Source: a virus. Taken from it: a stretch of 64,000 bases of DNA. The stretch covers positions 32,001 through 96,000 of the IMG/VR virus record IMGVR_UViG_3300025117_000031. One strand, 5' to 3'. Positions 44,085 to 54,666 of this stretch are shown here, piece after piece. The notes under the pieces were generated by a model. That model searched no databases. It had not been told where the DNA came from and saw only the letters and a program-made list of their open reading frames with translations. Each line of letters opens with the position of its first letter. Within the stretch, counting starts at the first letter, position 1. The translations under genes were made by a program, and so were the position numbers.

Positions 44085-46463
44085 ATGAATCTTAATGAAA
44101 CAGAAAAGATGTTACAAGAACTTTATTCCTTCTGTAAAAAGGAGTTAGGATTTAAGAGAGGCATCTCAGCTCTTAATTTTATACAGTCTGAGGCTAATGC
44201 TAAGAAATTATTAGGGAAAACAGCTAACTACGATCCGGAGACAGAAGAGATAAATATTTATGTTACCGGAAGACATCACAAGGACATAGCAAGATCATTT
44301 GCACACGAGATATGCCATCATTGGCAAAACGAAGAAAAAAGATTACCCCTCTCAGGACTTAATTCTCAGTCTTATGCTCAAGACGATCCCCAGCTTAGGA
44401 AGGCTGAAGAAGAAGCTTATCTAAGAGGGAACATGCTTTTTAGGGACTGGGAAGACTCTCAGAAGAAAGCTCTTGTAGAAATAATCCTCCGCGAACGAGG
44501 AAGGCTTCAGTTAAATGAGGGAGGTGCGGCTGGCCACATGAACCACCTCTACGACGATCCGCTTCTTACATTTAAGAAAATTAAGGAAATATTAATTGCT
44601 GCCTCTTCGGGAAAAATTGAAGGTACAGAAAAGGTGGATGGGGTTAATCTTTTTGTTTCTTTCGACTTGCAGAAAAATGTTGCGGTTGGGGCTAGAAACA
44701 AAGGGGAGTTGGAAGGTGGAGGTCTAACTGCGGAAGATTTCTTTGAAAAGTTTGCCGAGCACAGCAATCAAAACTTAAAAACCGTAGTTTCTAATGCATT
44801 GAAATCATTCGAAGAACTAGCTATTTCTTTAACCCCTCAAGAAAAGATTCAGTTCTTCGGAGAATACCCAAAGAAATTATTTTACAACTCCGACATCGTT
44901 TCTCCTGAAGCTTCAAATGTTGTTGATTATAATAAGAAATTTATAATTCTTCATCGAAACGGGCATATTGTGTCTGACATTTTGGCAAAAACGGTCTCGG
45001 ATGTGAATTTGGAAAATAATGTCTTGGAGTTGACAAAAAAAGTAGACGAACTTGGGAAGACAAAAATAAAAGATTATGACATGAAGATTTCGGCTTTAAG
45101 AAATCTTAAGGCCCTATCGGACAGAAAACCCCTTGAGATTGCTTTAAAGAGAATTGAAGATATTTTACATGACTCAGGGGCCTCGGAAAGCAGCACTGTA
45201 TCTAATTTCCTTTTTTTGAGGCTGACCCCAGCGGTTGAAGAATATATATCCGATTTATCGCAATCAAAGAAAGAACAAATAATCCGAAGAATTGCGGGAG
45301 AGAAAATTAATCTAAGAGAGCTTAAAAAAGATTTAAATCCTCGTCAATTATCGCAAGCAAACGAACTTCTTTCAAGAGCAAACGATCTTAGAAAAAGAGC
45401 AATTCTTCCGCTGGAAAAAACAATTCATGACTTTTCTGTTGAAATTCTTAAAAGTTTAGATTCTTTGTTTGTTTTGGACGATAAGAAAGAGCTGGCAAGA
45501 ATAAGAGAGAAAGTCTCTCAGGCTATTGAAAAGATTCAGAATTCAGGCAATGTTGAAGCAATCAAGCAACTGCGTAGACAGATGGAAAAATTGGAGTCTC
45601 TTGAGAACATTTCTTCTGCAACCGAGGGCTTTGTCTTCAGTTTTGATGGCAAGACATATAAATTTACTGGGAATTTTGCTCCAGTGAATCAGATTTTAGG
45701 ACTGTTTAAGTATGGTAGGGGTAGTCTTTCCCCAATGGTATTGGAAGAAGTAAAGGGGAAGATAAATTATGTCTTAATCCCTGGTGCATTTAAGCCGCCT
45801 CATCGTGGACATTTGCATATGCTAAAACAATATGCTGAAATCGCGGATAAGGTGGTTGTGTTTATTTCCAATAGGCCCAGGGAGGCTCCGGGCGGTAGAG
45901 CAGTGGGCGCGGATGTAGCGGTCACTCTGTTTAAAAAATATATTCAAGTGTCCGGGCTTGAGCAGAAGGTGGAGATTAAGATTGCAGATGCGGTCAGTCC
46001 GATCGTAAGCATGTTGGAATTTATTTCTTCTTTGCCAAAAAATACAAATGTTGTTCTAGGAACTTCGGGAAAAGGGGAAGATTCGAAAAGATTTGAGAAT
46101 TTTGAAAAATATGCACCAGAAGGTGTTAAGCTGCTTTATGGGAAGGACTGGTCTGTGGACCCCCTTCGAGAGAAAAACATGGCATTTTCTTCCACTTTGA
46201 TGAGAAAGGCAATTGCGAATGGAGATGAAAACTCTTTTGCTTCTTTCTTGCCGGATGAATTAAAAACCGATTCGGAAGAACTTCTTAAAATTGTGGCGGA
46301 TATGACAAAGACCGAGATATTGGAATTTTCTGGAATGGCTATGGGAGCTGTGACGGGGGCTTTATCTGGGTCAAGTGTTGAAAAAGACGAAGAAAACACT
46401 AAAAATATGCTAATTAGAGAGGTAATGGAATACTTTAATTCGAGGATCCTGAATGAAAACTAG
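44085..46463 (+). CDS. multidomain protein: HExxH domain + KxDG ligase-like domain + HxGH cytidylyltransferase-like domain
   Basis: FAHEICHHWQ; EGGAAGHMNHLYD, TEKVDG, EGFVF, YKFTG; PGAFKPPHRGH, SSTLMR. Confidence 0.7.
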   Translation: MNLNETEKMLQELYSFCKKELGFKRGISALNFIQSEANAKKLLGKTANYDPETEEINIYVTGRHHKDIARSFAHEICHHWQNEEKRLPLSGLNSQSYAQDDPQLRKAEEEAYLRGNMLFRDWEDSQKKALVEIILRERGRLQLNEGGAAGHMNHLYDDPLLTFKKIKEILIAASSGKIEGTEKVDGVNLFVSFDLQKNVAVGARNKGELEGGGLTAEDFFEKFAEHSNQNLKTVVSNALKSFEELAISLTPQEKIQFFGEYPKKLFYNSDIVSPEASNVVDYNKKFIILHRNGHIVSDILAKTVSDVNLENNVLELTKKVDELGKTKIKDYDMKISALRNLKALSDRKPLEIALKRIEDILHDSGASESSTVSNFLFLRLTPAVEEYISDLSQSKKEQIIRRIAGEKINLRELKKDLNPRQLSQANELLSRANDLRKRAILPLEKTIHDFSVEILKSLDSLFVLDDKKELARIREKVSQAIEKIQNSGNVEAIKQLRRQMEKLESLENISSATEGFVFSFDGKTYKFTGNFAPVNQILGLFKYGRGSLSPMVLEEVKGKINYVLIPGAFKPPHRGHLHMLKQYAEIADKVVVFISNRPREAPGGRAVGADVAVTLFKKYIQVSGLEQKVEIKIADAVSPIVSMLEFISSLPKNTNVVLGTSGKGEDSKRFENFEKYAPEGVKLLYGKDWSVDPLREKNMAFSSTLMRKAIANGDENSFASFLPDELKTDSEELLKIVADMTKTEILEFSGMAMGAVTGALSGSSVEKDEENTKNMLIREVMEYFNSRILNEN

Positions 46464-47247
46464 AGAAGAATTTATAAAAGAACTTCAAGAAGAAAAACTG
46501 CTTCGGGAGACTGTGGATAAAATCGCTCAAAATAGGATTTTTGAGCAGGTTTCCGAAGAAAAGAAAAAGATTATAGAAAGACATAAAGAAAGAGCACTAC
46601 TAAAAGAGTGCGTCCGGAAGATAATTTCCGAAGCCAAAACACCTCCGCCTGCGCATCAATCAACAGGAATTAATATTCTTTCGGAACTTCTAAGAAAAGT
46701 TCTGCCTATTCTAGAGAGAAACTTCAGAAAACTGACAACAGATCAGTTTCAAAGAAAGTCTTTTCGAGCCCATATTATAAATGGGTGCAAGAAGTCCCTG
46801 GAGAGAGCATATGTGGAATCAGAAGCTCCCGAGTCATCAGAACAGGCTCAGGCAGAGGTAGATAATGCTATGGGAGACGGAGAGGGCATGAAGCAACCTT
46901 CTGCTGAACCCGAGCCTTCGATGCCTTCGGAAAATCCTCTTAATGAGCTTGATATGCCAGGTGACGAACAAAAGTTTATTGATATTCGTCCGAAAGACAA
47001 AAAACCTACGGACAAGAAAACAAACATCAAAGACAAAGAAGATTTTGCCGTTGATGGGGAAGATGAAACAGGAAAGAATTTGGCGTTTGAAGTGTTCCAT
47101 CAAATAGAAAAAACGATTCTTGAGTCGTTTAGACTTTTGTCCAACGATGAAGACAAGAAAATATTTGTTGAATATCTTTTAACAAACTTGAAAATGTATT
47201 TTGATTTGTTTGAGGACAATCTTCAAACAATGCCGAACAGTAAATAA
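46453..47247 (+). CDS. hypothetical protein, possibly virion-internal
   Basis: 264 aa; N-terminal half rich in L/I-x-E motifs. Confidence 0.75.
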   Translation: MKTREEFIKELQEEKLLRETVDKIAQNRIFEQVSEEKKKIIERHKERALLKECVRKIISEAKTPPPAHQSTGINILSELLRKVLPILERNFRKLTTDQFQRKSFRAHIINGCKKSLERAYVESEAPESSEQAQAEVDNAMGDGEGMKQPSAEPEPSMPSENPLNELDMPGDEQKFIDIRPKDKKPTDKKTNIKDKEDFAVDGEDETGKNLAFEVFHQIEKTILESFRLLSNDEDKKIFVEYLLTNLKMYFDLFEDNLQTMPNSK

Positions 47248-47259
47248 GGAGAGTTAATT

Positions 47260-47499
47260 ATGAGTAATCCGAGACGAAGAAGGCAGGCAAGAATTAAAGC
47301 TCGCGAGGCTGCAGCTCCGCCTGTTGTGCTTGTTGAGAAGGAAGTTGCGGTTGTAGAGAAGTTTCTTCCTTCCAAAGTAGAAGACGAAATTATTGTTCCC
47401 AAAGTTGAAAAGCCTGAGCTACCTGTGGAACAAGAAAAGCCTGAAGCAAAGACAGAGAGTGTTCAGACAAAGAGACGCTTTAAGAAAATAGAAAACTAG
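47260..47499 (+). CDS. hypothetical protein
   Basis: RBS AGGAG; basic N-terminus. Confidence 0.7.
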   Translation: MSNPRRRRQARIKAREAAAPPVVLVEKEVAVVEKFLPSKVEDEIIVPKVEKPELPVEQEKPEAKTESVQTKRRFKKIEN

Positions 47500-47507
47500 A
47501 GGCTCTT

Positions 47508-47951
47508 GTGACCAGAGGAAGAAGAACTAGGATCTGGAGATTCGGTAAAAGAATCGAAATTAAAAAGAAGGTAACTTTTCTAGAGAGAGCAAGGCTTAAC
47601 GGAGTTCTTACTAGAGAAAACGAATCTTTTTTGAGAACTACTGCGCTAGAGGATCTTATTTTATTGAAACTAGAAACAGCGGCAGAAATCTCAGATTATA
47701 GGCCTGCTGGCTTTGGTTTTTATAGAATGGTTAGATATGCGATTATAGACGCCTTGTATCGTTATGCTAGAGTTGCGGTTGATACTGCAAAAGAGGCATC
47801 AGATTTATTAGGAGTTAGAAAGAACTCTCTCTTGAGGCTTTTTGAAGCATCGGGAGTAAAAAAGGAAACTATTTCAAAAAATGAAAAATACTTACGTAAT
47901 CGACACCAACGTATTTTTGACGAACACAAACTCTATCGTGACGTATTCTGA
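47508..47951 (+). CDS. hypothetical protein with possible Fis-like HTH
   Basis: AKEASDLLGVRKNSLLRL. Confidence 0.5.
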   Translation: MTRGRRTRIWRFGKRIEIKKKVTFLERARLNGVLTRENESFLRTTALEDLILLKLETAAEISDYRPAGFGFYRMVRYAIIDALYRYARVAVDTAKEASDLLGVRKNSLLRLFEASGVKKETISKNEKYLRNRHQRIFDEHKLYRDVF

Positions 47952-49209
47952 AAAGAATGATGTTGTAATCCCGTTTAAAGTTTTAGAGGAAATAGACAAA
48001 CATAAAAAAAGGTTAGATACTGTTGGTCTTAACGCTAGAAAATTTATTAAAGCAATTGATGAGATTAGAAACAAAGGAAGTCTTGTAACTGGGGTTTCCA
48101 TTGGGGAAAATAAAGGGAAGATATTTGTTAAATTTGCCAATAGAGCCACAGTAATTCCTGGAGCTATAACAGAAGACCCCGACAATCAGATTATTTCCGT
48201 AGCTCTTCAAGAACAGCAGTTTGGTAAGAAAGTTATTTTGGTTACTCGCGACATTAATATGCGGGTAAAATGTGATGCTTTAAACCTAGCGTGCGAAGAC
48301 TATCAGCCGGGTAAAGAGGTATCTAGTCTTTCAGAATTATTTTCTGGGGTTCGAGAGGTTTTGGCTAAGGATTCTTTTATTGATGACTTCTATTGTGATA
48401 AAGCCGTGGTGCTGCCGGCAGAGCTTTCAACGGAGTTGTGTCCTAATACTTTCCTTGTTGTAAAATCAGAAACAGATGAAAAGAAAAGTTTTGTTTGTAG
48501 ATATATGGGGAAAGAAAAAGTTCTTAAAAAGGTCCAAACCAAATGGAAGGGAGATGAATTAAGCGGAATTCGCCCTAAGAACAAAGAACAAATATTTGCT
48601 ACTGATCTTCTTTTGGATCCTTCAGTAGAGCTTGTTTCTATGGTTGGTCAAAGCGGAAGTGGAAAAACTCTTTTAGCTCTCGCTGCTGGGTTAAGGCTTT
48701 TAGAAGAAGAGAAATATAAAAAGCTGATTGTTACTAGACCTGTGGTGCCTATGGGGGGTAAAGAAAAAGACATAGGGTTTTTGCCTGGATTGGCTGAAGA
48801 AAAAATGTCTCCTTGGATGCAACCGATTGTAGATAATTTAAACTTTCTTCTTGGAGATCGAGAAACATTAAATGATTATTTGGAAAAGGGAATAATTGAA
48901 ATTCAAATAATGACATATATCAGAGGTCGTAGCGTCCCTAATAGTTATTGGATTATTGATGAAGCTCAGAATTTAAATTTTCACGAAACAAAAACTCTTC
49001 TTACTAGACCAGGAGACAATACCAAGATTGTTATTACAGGGGACCTTCGGCAAATAGATGACATTCATCTTAATAGTTTGACAAGTGGTTTAACTCATGC
49101 CATAGAAAGATTTAAGTCTTATGATCTTTCAGGGCATGTTACTTTGGTCAAGGGGGAAAGGAGTCGGTTGGCCAGTATAGCCGCTGAAATATTCGAAGAA
49201 GAGAATTAA
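47881..49209 (+). CDS. phoH: PhoH-family ATPase with N-terminal PIN domain
   Basis: YVIDTNV, DN.I, VTRDINMRVK; GQSGSGKT, GFLPG...EKM.PW, RGRS, DEAQN, GD..QID. Confidence 0.93.
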   Translation: MKNTYVIDTNVFLTNTNSIVTYSEKNDVVIPFKVLEEIDKHKKRLDTVGLNARKFIKAIDEIRNKGSLVTGVSIGENKGKIFVKFANRATVIPGAITEDPDNQIISVALQEQQFGKKVILVTRDINMRVKCDALNLACEDYQPGKEVSSLSELFSGVREVLAKDSFIDDFYCDKAVVLPAELSTELCPNTFLVVKSETDEKKSFVCRYMGKEKVLKKVQTKWKGDELSGIRPKNKEQIFATDLLLDPSVELVSMVGQSGSGKTLLALAAGLRLLEEEKYKKLIVTRPVVPMGGKEKDIGFLPGLAEEKMSPWMQPIVDNLNFLLGDRETLNDYLEKGIIEIQIMTYIRGRSVPNSYWIIDEAQNLNFHETKTLLTRPGDNTKIVITGDLRQIDDIHLNSLTSGLTHAIERFKSYDLSGHVTLVKGERSRLASIAAEIFEEEN

Positions 49210-49210
49210 G

Positions 49211-49876
49211 TTGTTTAACTATCACACACAGGTTTCGGCGGAAGACAGAAGAATTTTGTTTCTTGGAGACATTCCGGTACATCTTTTTAACGATGCTGTC
49301 TCGAAGCAAAAAGTCATAGAAGATTTTATTTCCAAAGTTAACAAAAGCATCAAAGGCAAAATTCTTTCTTTTATTCGGAGTATTCGGATAGGGTATTTTG
49401 CTGCCCTTAGAGATAAGGGATTTGACGCTGTATATTACAATGGCGTTGTGTTTATGAATGCTGAGATGAAAGATGGTGAGTCTTTTTATCGCGCTTTTGT
49501 ACACGAGCTTGGACATGCAGTTGAAGAATCCTTTCAAGAAATGGTGTATGAAGATTCTAATTTGATTCACGAGTTCATGGTAAAGAAGGCTAAGCTGCTG
49601 GAAATATTAGAAAATCACTACAACTTGGCCTTTTCAAAGGAAGATTTTTCTCAGATGCACACGACGTCGAGGATGGATGAGGTGTTTGAAGAAATTGGTT
49701 ACTCGAAATTAACTACTTTTTCTGTTGGTATTTTCGTATCTCCCTATGCGGCTTATTCGATACGAGAGTATTTTTCTAGAGGGTTTGAAGACTTTTTTGC
49801 TTCTGATGAAAAAAGAAGTCAACTTCGTGATATTTCTCCTGTATTGTACGAGAAGATAGAATCCTTATTTGTTTAG
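49211..49876 (+). CDS. putative zinc metalloprotein (HExxH)
   Basis: FVHELGHAVE, SPYA..S.REYF. Confidence 0.65.
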   Translation: MFNYHTQVSAEDRRILFLGDIPVHLFNDAVSKQKVIEDFISKVNKSIKGKILSFIRSIRIGYFAALRDKGFDAVYYNGVVFMNAEMKDGESFYRAFVHELGHAVEESFQEMVYEDSNLIHEFMVKKAKLLEILENHYNLAFSKEDFSQMHTTSRMDEVFEEIGYSKLTTFSVGIFVSPYAAYSIREYFSRGFEDFFASDEKRSQLRDISPVLYEKIESLFV

Positions 49877-49884
49877 GAAAAAAC

Positions 49885-50667
49885 TTGACAGAAGTACAAA
49901 AAGAAAAAACTATATCATTTTCTTCATTTTCTCTTTATCATGAATGTCCATACAAATGGAAGCTTTCATATATTGACGGCAAGAAGTTTGCTGGGAACAT
50001 TTTCTCTAGCTTCGGCAAAGCGGTTCACAGCTCTGTCGAGAAAAAGATAAAAGTTAGAGAGTGTGACGAGGTTAAGACCTTTCTTGAGGAATTCAAGAAG
50101 TCTCTGAAAGAACTTCCAAAAGAAGAAAAAAACAAGATTCCCGTTGAGCTGATAAAGGAATTTAGGCTTCAGGGGGAGAAGATTGTACCTTTAGTTTTGG
50201 TAGCTTTGGATAAGAAATATCCTGGATTTGAACTGGTGGACATAGAGAAAGAATTAAAAGAAGAGATAGAACTTGGATTTAAATTTGTTGGGTATGTAGA
50301 TATTATCATAAAATATCAAGATAAATATTATATTCTTGATTTTAAGACTTGCTCTTGGGGTTGGGATGCCGAAAAGAAGACGGATAAAATTGTAACTTAT
50401 CAGTTGGCTTTTTATAAGAATTTCTTTGCAAGACAGAAAAATATTCCTCTTGCAGACATAGAGACGGGATTCGTTCTCCTTAAAAGAATAGCAAAGAAGA
50501 ACGAAGTTGAATTTGTTAGAGTTTCTTGTGGAGAAAAAAAGATCAAAAATGCTACAAAGATGTTATACAATACTTGTTTGAATATCAACTCTTCCAATTT
50601 TCCTAAAAATAGGTCGAGTTGCACGAGATGTCAGTTTCACAATACTGACGACTGTAAAAAGTGGTGA
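49885..50667 (+). CDS. PD-(D/E)XK nuclease (RecB/Cas4-like)
   Basis: CP..WKL.Y, FG..VH, E, GYVD, DFKT, QL..Y; C-terminal C..C.....C. Confidence 0.88.
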   Translation: MTEVQKEKTISFSSFSLYHECPYKWKLSYIDGKKFAGNIFSSFGKAVHSSVEKKIKVRECDEVKTFLEEFKKSLKELPKEEKNKIPVELIKEFRLQGEKIVPLVLVALDKKYPGFELVDIEKELKEEIELGFKFVGYVDIIIKYQDKYYILDFKTCSWGWDAEKKTDKIVTYQLAFYKNFFARQKNIPLADIETGFVLLKRIAKKNEVEFVRVSCGEKKIKNATKMLYNTCLNINSSNFPKNRSSCTRCQFHNTDDCKKW

Positions 50668-53285
50668 AAGGGAATTTAATGGTAAAGAAGAAGATTTTAA
50701 CTATTTCGGATTCTCCTCTTGGGACTTCTGGTGTGGGCATTCAGGCGAAGCTTTTTATTGAGGCGCTTCTTAAAACAGGAAAATACTCTGTTTATAGCTT
50801 TGCTGGAGCAATTGAACACAAACAATATAATCCAATTCGATTTAAAGAGTGGGGTGAGGACTGGACAATTTTCCCGGTGAAGAATTTTGGAACTTCCGAG
50901 ATGATTCGCTCCGCTATTTATACTGAAAAGATTGACATGGTTTGGTTTATGGGGGATCCGAGATTCTTTTATCCGCTGTTTGCGAATGCTTTAGAGATGC
51001 GGTCTCTTGTCCCTATGGTTTTTTATACGATTTGGGACAATTATCCAATTCCGAAATTTAATGTTTATCATTATGGTTCTGTGGACGCGATTGTTTCTCA
51101 GTCTCTTGTGACAAAAGATATTATTGAGCAAGTGGCTCCTGAAAATGTTTTAAAATATCACATTCCACTTACTGTAGATACCAAAGTTTTCAACAAAAGC
51201 CAAGACCCAAATATTTTTGAAATTAAAAAGCAAATGGGGGGTTCTAACAATAGGTTTGTATTCTTTTGGAATAATCGGAATGCGAGGAGAAAGCACCCTG
51301 CGACTTTGATGATGTGGTTTAAGAAGTTTGCTCAGCAAGTAGAAGCAAAGTATGGCAAGGAAAAAGCTCCTATTCTTGTTATGCACACAAATCCCATTGA
51401 TCCGGCAGGGCACGACCTTCATGTTGTTTTTAGAGATTTTGAATTGGATGGGTACGTTAAAATTAGTAATCATGCAGAGCGTCCTCTTACAAGGGAACAA
51501 ATAGCTCTTTTGTACAATGCTGTAGATTGTACAGTAAGTATCTCTGATGCGGAAGGGTTTGGCCTTTGTTTAGGTTCTGATTCTTTGGTTAAGACTGAAA
51601 GTGGGTATTGCGAAATAAAAGACGTTAAAGTTGGCGAGCGGGTGTTTTGCAGAAACGGCGAGACACAGAAGGTAACGAAACTTTTTAATAGGGAAGCTCC
51701 CACTAAAACTTATTTAATAGGTGGCATTGAAACAAGGATTACCGATGAACATCCTGTTTTTTCTCTTAAGAGAAATAGAAGAAGTTTTGATTCAGAAGGA
51801 CTTCACAAAGAGGAACCAAACTGGAATAAAGCAGGGGAGTTAGCAGTGGGTGATTTTATTGCATTTCCGAAGCCAAAGATGCAATATAGTCAAAGGGAAT
51901 ATTTTGATTTATGTGAATATGTTGATAAAGAAAAACTCGAATGGGATGAAGAATTTGTGTGGGAGAAAATGGGATATTCTCCTCACAAAGACGGAGATAG
52001 CTTAGAAGATATTCGAGCGCGGCTTGGATGTTCTAAGCATGAAGCGGAACAGGTTAGAAGGATTATTCTTGGTAATGCTTCTGATAAATATAAAAAGGGT
52101 TCTTTTAAGATAAAAGAACTTTTAGAAAAATACAGAGCGTTGTGCGGCACAACAAACATTGTGGATGGAAGGAAAAAAATAAAAAGATATATTAAAAATA
52201 GTCTTGAGTTGTCAGAGATAATTGGGTGGTATGTAGCTGAAGGAAGCTCTTTGGGTTCTAGAGGGGTGGAGTATTCTTTAAACGTCAAAGAGCTTCCTGT
52301 TGCAAAAAGACTTCAAGAACTTTTTAGAACAGTTTTTGGGGCAGAGGGGGTTGTGAAGTCGAGAGAAGATAAAAATGTTTCTTCTTATATTTGCGCTTCT
52401 GGGATTCTGGCATCTTTTTTTGAAAAAGAATGTGGGAAACACGCTGGGAATAAGTTTCTTAATAAAGACTTTATTTTTAGCACCTCTTCTGCAAGGATTC
52501 TTTTGTACTCTTTATTTTCAGGGGACGGCTCTTTTGGTAAAAATATAATAACGTATTCAACAGTTAGTCGTAAATTAGCTTACGAAACTAGGGATCTTCT
52601 TTTATCTATGAATATTTTTTCGTCTTTAGTGAGGCGTAAAAAGATAAAAACTACGAATGGGGAATATACCTATACTCTTGTAATTTCCGGAAGACAAGAC
52701 TCTAGAATTAGAAGATTTTTTGAGATTGAAAGTTCCATTCCTTCTTTTTCCAGAAAGAGGGGAACTTCGATTATAGAAAAGGAAGATATGTTTTTGGTTC
52801 CTATTCGTTCTGTTAAACAGAACGAAACAGAAAACGTTTATGATATCGAAGTGGAAAAGGAGCACAACTTTATTTCAGGAGGCATATTGGTTCATAATTG
52901 TGTTGGAGAAAGTTTAGCCTCAGCCACTCCTGTTATTGTAACGAAGACGGGGGGGATGCAAGAGCAGGTTACTGATGGGCAAAATGTTTTTGGAGTTTCA
53001 TTAGAACCAAAGAGCAGAGTCTTGGTCGGTTCTTTAGATGTTCCTTACATTTACGAAGATCGTGTTTTGGAAGAAGATTTTATTGATGCTTGTTGGAAGA
53101 TGTATGAAATGCCAAAAGAGGAAAGAGATAAATTGGGTTTTATGGGAAGACAGCACATTGAGTCCAATTATGGGATTGATGTTTTTACTTCCAAATGGCA
53201 AGAAACAGTTGACGATATTGTGCAAAAGTGCGGGTCTTGGGGAGAGAGAAAAAACTTTAAGAGATGGAGTATGGAAAAGCTGTGA
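50661..53285 (+). CDS. GT4-family glycosyltransferase with intein
   Basis: SDSP...SGVG, NRNARRK, EGFGL|CVGE split by the intein, TGGMQEQ. Confidence 0.9.
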   Translation: MVKGNLMVKKKILTISDSPLGTSGVGIQAKLFIEALLKTGKYSVYSFAGAIEHKQYNPIRFKEWGEDWTIFPVKNFGTSEMIRSAIYTEKIDMVWFMGDPRFFYPLFANALEMRSLVPMVFYTIWDNYPIPKFNVYHYGSVDAIVSQSLVTKDIIEQVAPENVLKYHIPLTVDTKVFNKSQDPNIFEIKKQMGGSNNRFVFFWNNRNARRKHPATLMMWFKKFAQQVEAKYGKEKAPILVMHTNPIDPAGHDLHVVFRDFELDGYVKISNHAERPLTREQIALLYNAVDCTVSISDAEGFGLCLGSDSLVKTESGYCEIKDVKVGERVFCRNGETQKVTKLFNREAPTKTYLIGGIETRITDEHPVFSLKRNRRSFDSEGLHKEEPNWNKAGELAVGDFIAFPKPKMQYSQREYFDLCEYVDKEKLEWDEEFVWEKMGYSPHKDGDSLEDIRARLGCSKHEAEQVRRIILGNASDKYKKGSFKIKELLEKYRALCGTTNIVDGRKKIKRYIKNSLELSEIIGWYVAEGSSLGSRGVEYSLNVKELPVAKRLQELFRTVFGAEGVVKSREDKNVSSYICASGILASFFEKECGKHAGNKFLNKDFIFSTSSARILLYSLFSGDGSFGKNIITYSTVSRKLAYETRDLLLSMNIFSSLVRRKKIKTTNGEYTYTLVISGRQDSRIRRFFEIESSIPSFSRKRGTSIIEKEDMFLVPIRSVKQNETENVYDIEVEKEHNFISGGILVHNCVGESLASATPVIVTKTGGMQEQVTDGQNVFGVSLEPKSRVLVGSLDVPYIYEDRVLEEDFIDACWKMYEMPKEERDKLGFMGRQHIESNYGIDVFTSKWQETVDDIVQKCGSWGERKNFKRWSMEKL
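51567..52898 (+). other. 444-aa intein with LAGLIDADG endonuclease, in the GT4
   Basis: Starts CLGSDSLV, block B TDEHP, IGWYVAEGS and LFSGDGS, ends VYDIEV..EHNF.SGGILVHN before Cys. Confidence 0.93.
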
Positions 53286-53473
53286 AAGAGTTTCTTGTTA
53301 TAACGGCTCCTGAAAATTTCCCTTCTGAGAAATTTCAAAAATTGCAAGAAACAGCTAGTGAGATAGAAAAATATCTTGGCTATGAAGTTCTAATATTCCC
53401 ATATGGGTTTGATATACAAAAATTCTCTGTAAGAGGCGAAAGGAAGACGAAAAGAAAATGGCTGACAAGATGA
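53282..53473 (+). CDS. hypothetical protein
   Basis: GTGA overlap with the GT stop codon. Confidence 0.5.
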   Translation: MKEFLVITAPENFPSEKFQKLQETASEIEKYLGYEVLIFPYGFDIQKFSVRGERKTKRKWLTR

Positions 53474-54666
53474 AAGTTCTTTTACACGGACCAGTTTTAA
53501 CCGTTTCTGGGTATGGAGAACATGCGAGAAGTATTTTGAACGCTCTTATGACAAGAGAAGATATTTTTGAAATTTATGTTCATCCAACTCCTTGGGGAGC
53601 TTGTCGGTGGGAGTCTTCTTTTGGTGCAGAAAGAGAGAAGATAGATTCATTTATTGTGAAGACGATTTCTTATGAAATGAAGCGTGTCCAAGAGCATGCG
53701 CCCCCTGAATACGATGTTTCGTTGCAGGTGGTGCTACCAACAGAATGGCAACCTTATGCTAAGGTAAACATTGGGGTTACGTCTGGGATAGAGGCGCAGA
53801 AGGTGGTTCCAGACTGGGACGAGGCGACGAAGAGGGTCGATGCAATAATTGTAGAGTCGCAGCACGCAAAGAATGGCTTTACAACAGATACGCCGTTTCG
53901 TGTAATCTCTTTTCCTGTGGATGTTCCGGAGAAGAAAGAAATTGATTTAGACCTTCAGACTGACTTTAATTTTCTTTTGGTAGCTATGGATGCACCGAGG
54001 AAAAACGTTGGGGATGCAATTGAGGGTTTTTATAAGGAGTTTCACAACGACGCAGACGTTGGGTTAGTATGCAAAATTAGTACACCTACGGAAGGTTCTC
54101 TGGACGTGGAGAGAATTCGTACAAAGATGCTGAATGTAAAGAGGAAATATCCAGAGGCAAAGTGTTCTTTATATTTCCTTCATGGGGATTTGAAGAGAGA
54201 AGAAATGTTTTATTTGTATTCTCATCCCAAGATTAAGGCCATGGTAACGATGACGCACGGAGAGGGATTTGGAATTCCTTTGTTTGATGCGGCCTGTGTT
54301 GGGCTTCCTATCATTGCACCTAACTGGAGTGCTCATACTGAATACCTGAAGATTAAAAAAGACGAGAAGGAAGAACTTAAGTTCTCTAAAATAGATTATT
54401 TTATTGATAAAGTTAAGCCCGAGCATGCTGATAAGTGGTATGACCCGAACATCCAAACGTGGGCATATCCAATTTTAATTTCTTATTGTAAAAAAATGCG
54501 TAGTGTAAAGGATTTTTATGGTAAATTTAAAGATATGGCATCTGAACTTAAAGATTATCTACATGTTGATCGGGCTAAAAATAAGATTAATTCTGAGATC
54601 GTTGAAACGATTCTTCTTACAGTGAAGGGAAAAGAAAATGAAGTTAAGCAAACAAGCGATGTCTAA
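53458..54666 (+). CDS. GT4-family glycosyltransferase
   Basis: GP.LT.SGYGEHAR, RKN, HGEGFGIPLFDAA. Confidence 0.87.
   Translation: MADKMKVLLHGPVLTVSGYGEHARSILNALMTREDIFEIYVHPTPWGACRWESSFGAEREKIDSFIVKTISYEMKRVQEHAPPEYDVSLQVVLPTEWQPYAKVNIGVTSGIEAQKVVPDWDEATKRVDAIIVESQHAKNGFTTDTPFRVISFPVDVPEKKEIDLDLQTDFNFLLVAMDAPRKNVGDAIEGFYKEFHNDADVGLVCKISTPTEGSLDVERIRTKMLNVKRKYPEAKCSLYFLHGDLKREEMFYLYSHPKIKAMVTMTHGEGFGIPLFDAACVGLPIIAPNWSAHTEYLKIKKDEKEELKFSKIDYFIDKVKPEHADKWYDPNIQTWAYPILISYCKKMRSVKDFYGKFKDMASELKDYLHVDRAKNKINSEIVETILLTVKGKENEVKQTSDV

Noticed and set aside
49885-50667. Cas4 of a CRISPR adaptation module
   Set aside because: No cas1/cas2 or array nearby; stand-alone PD-(D/E)XK nucleases are common in large phages.
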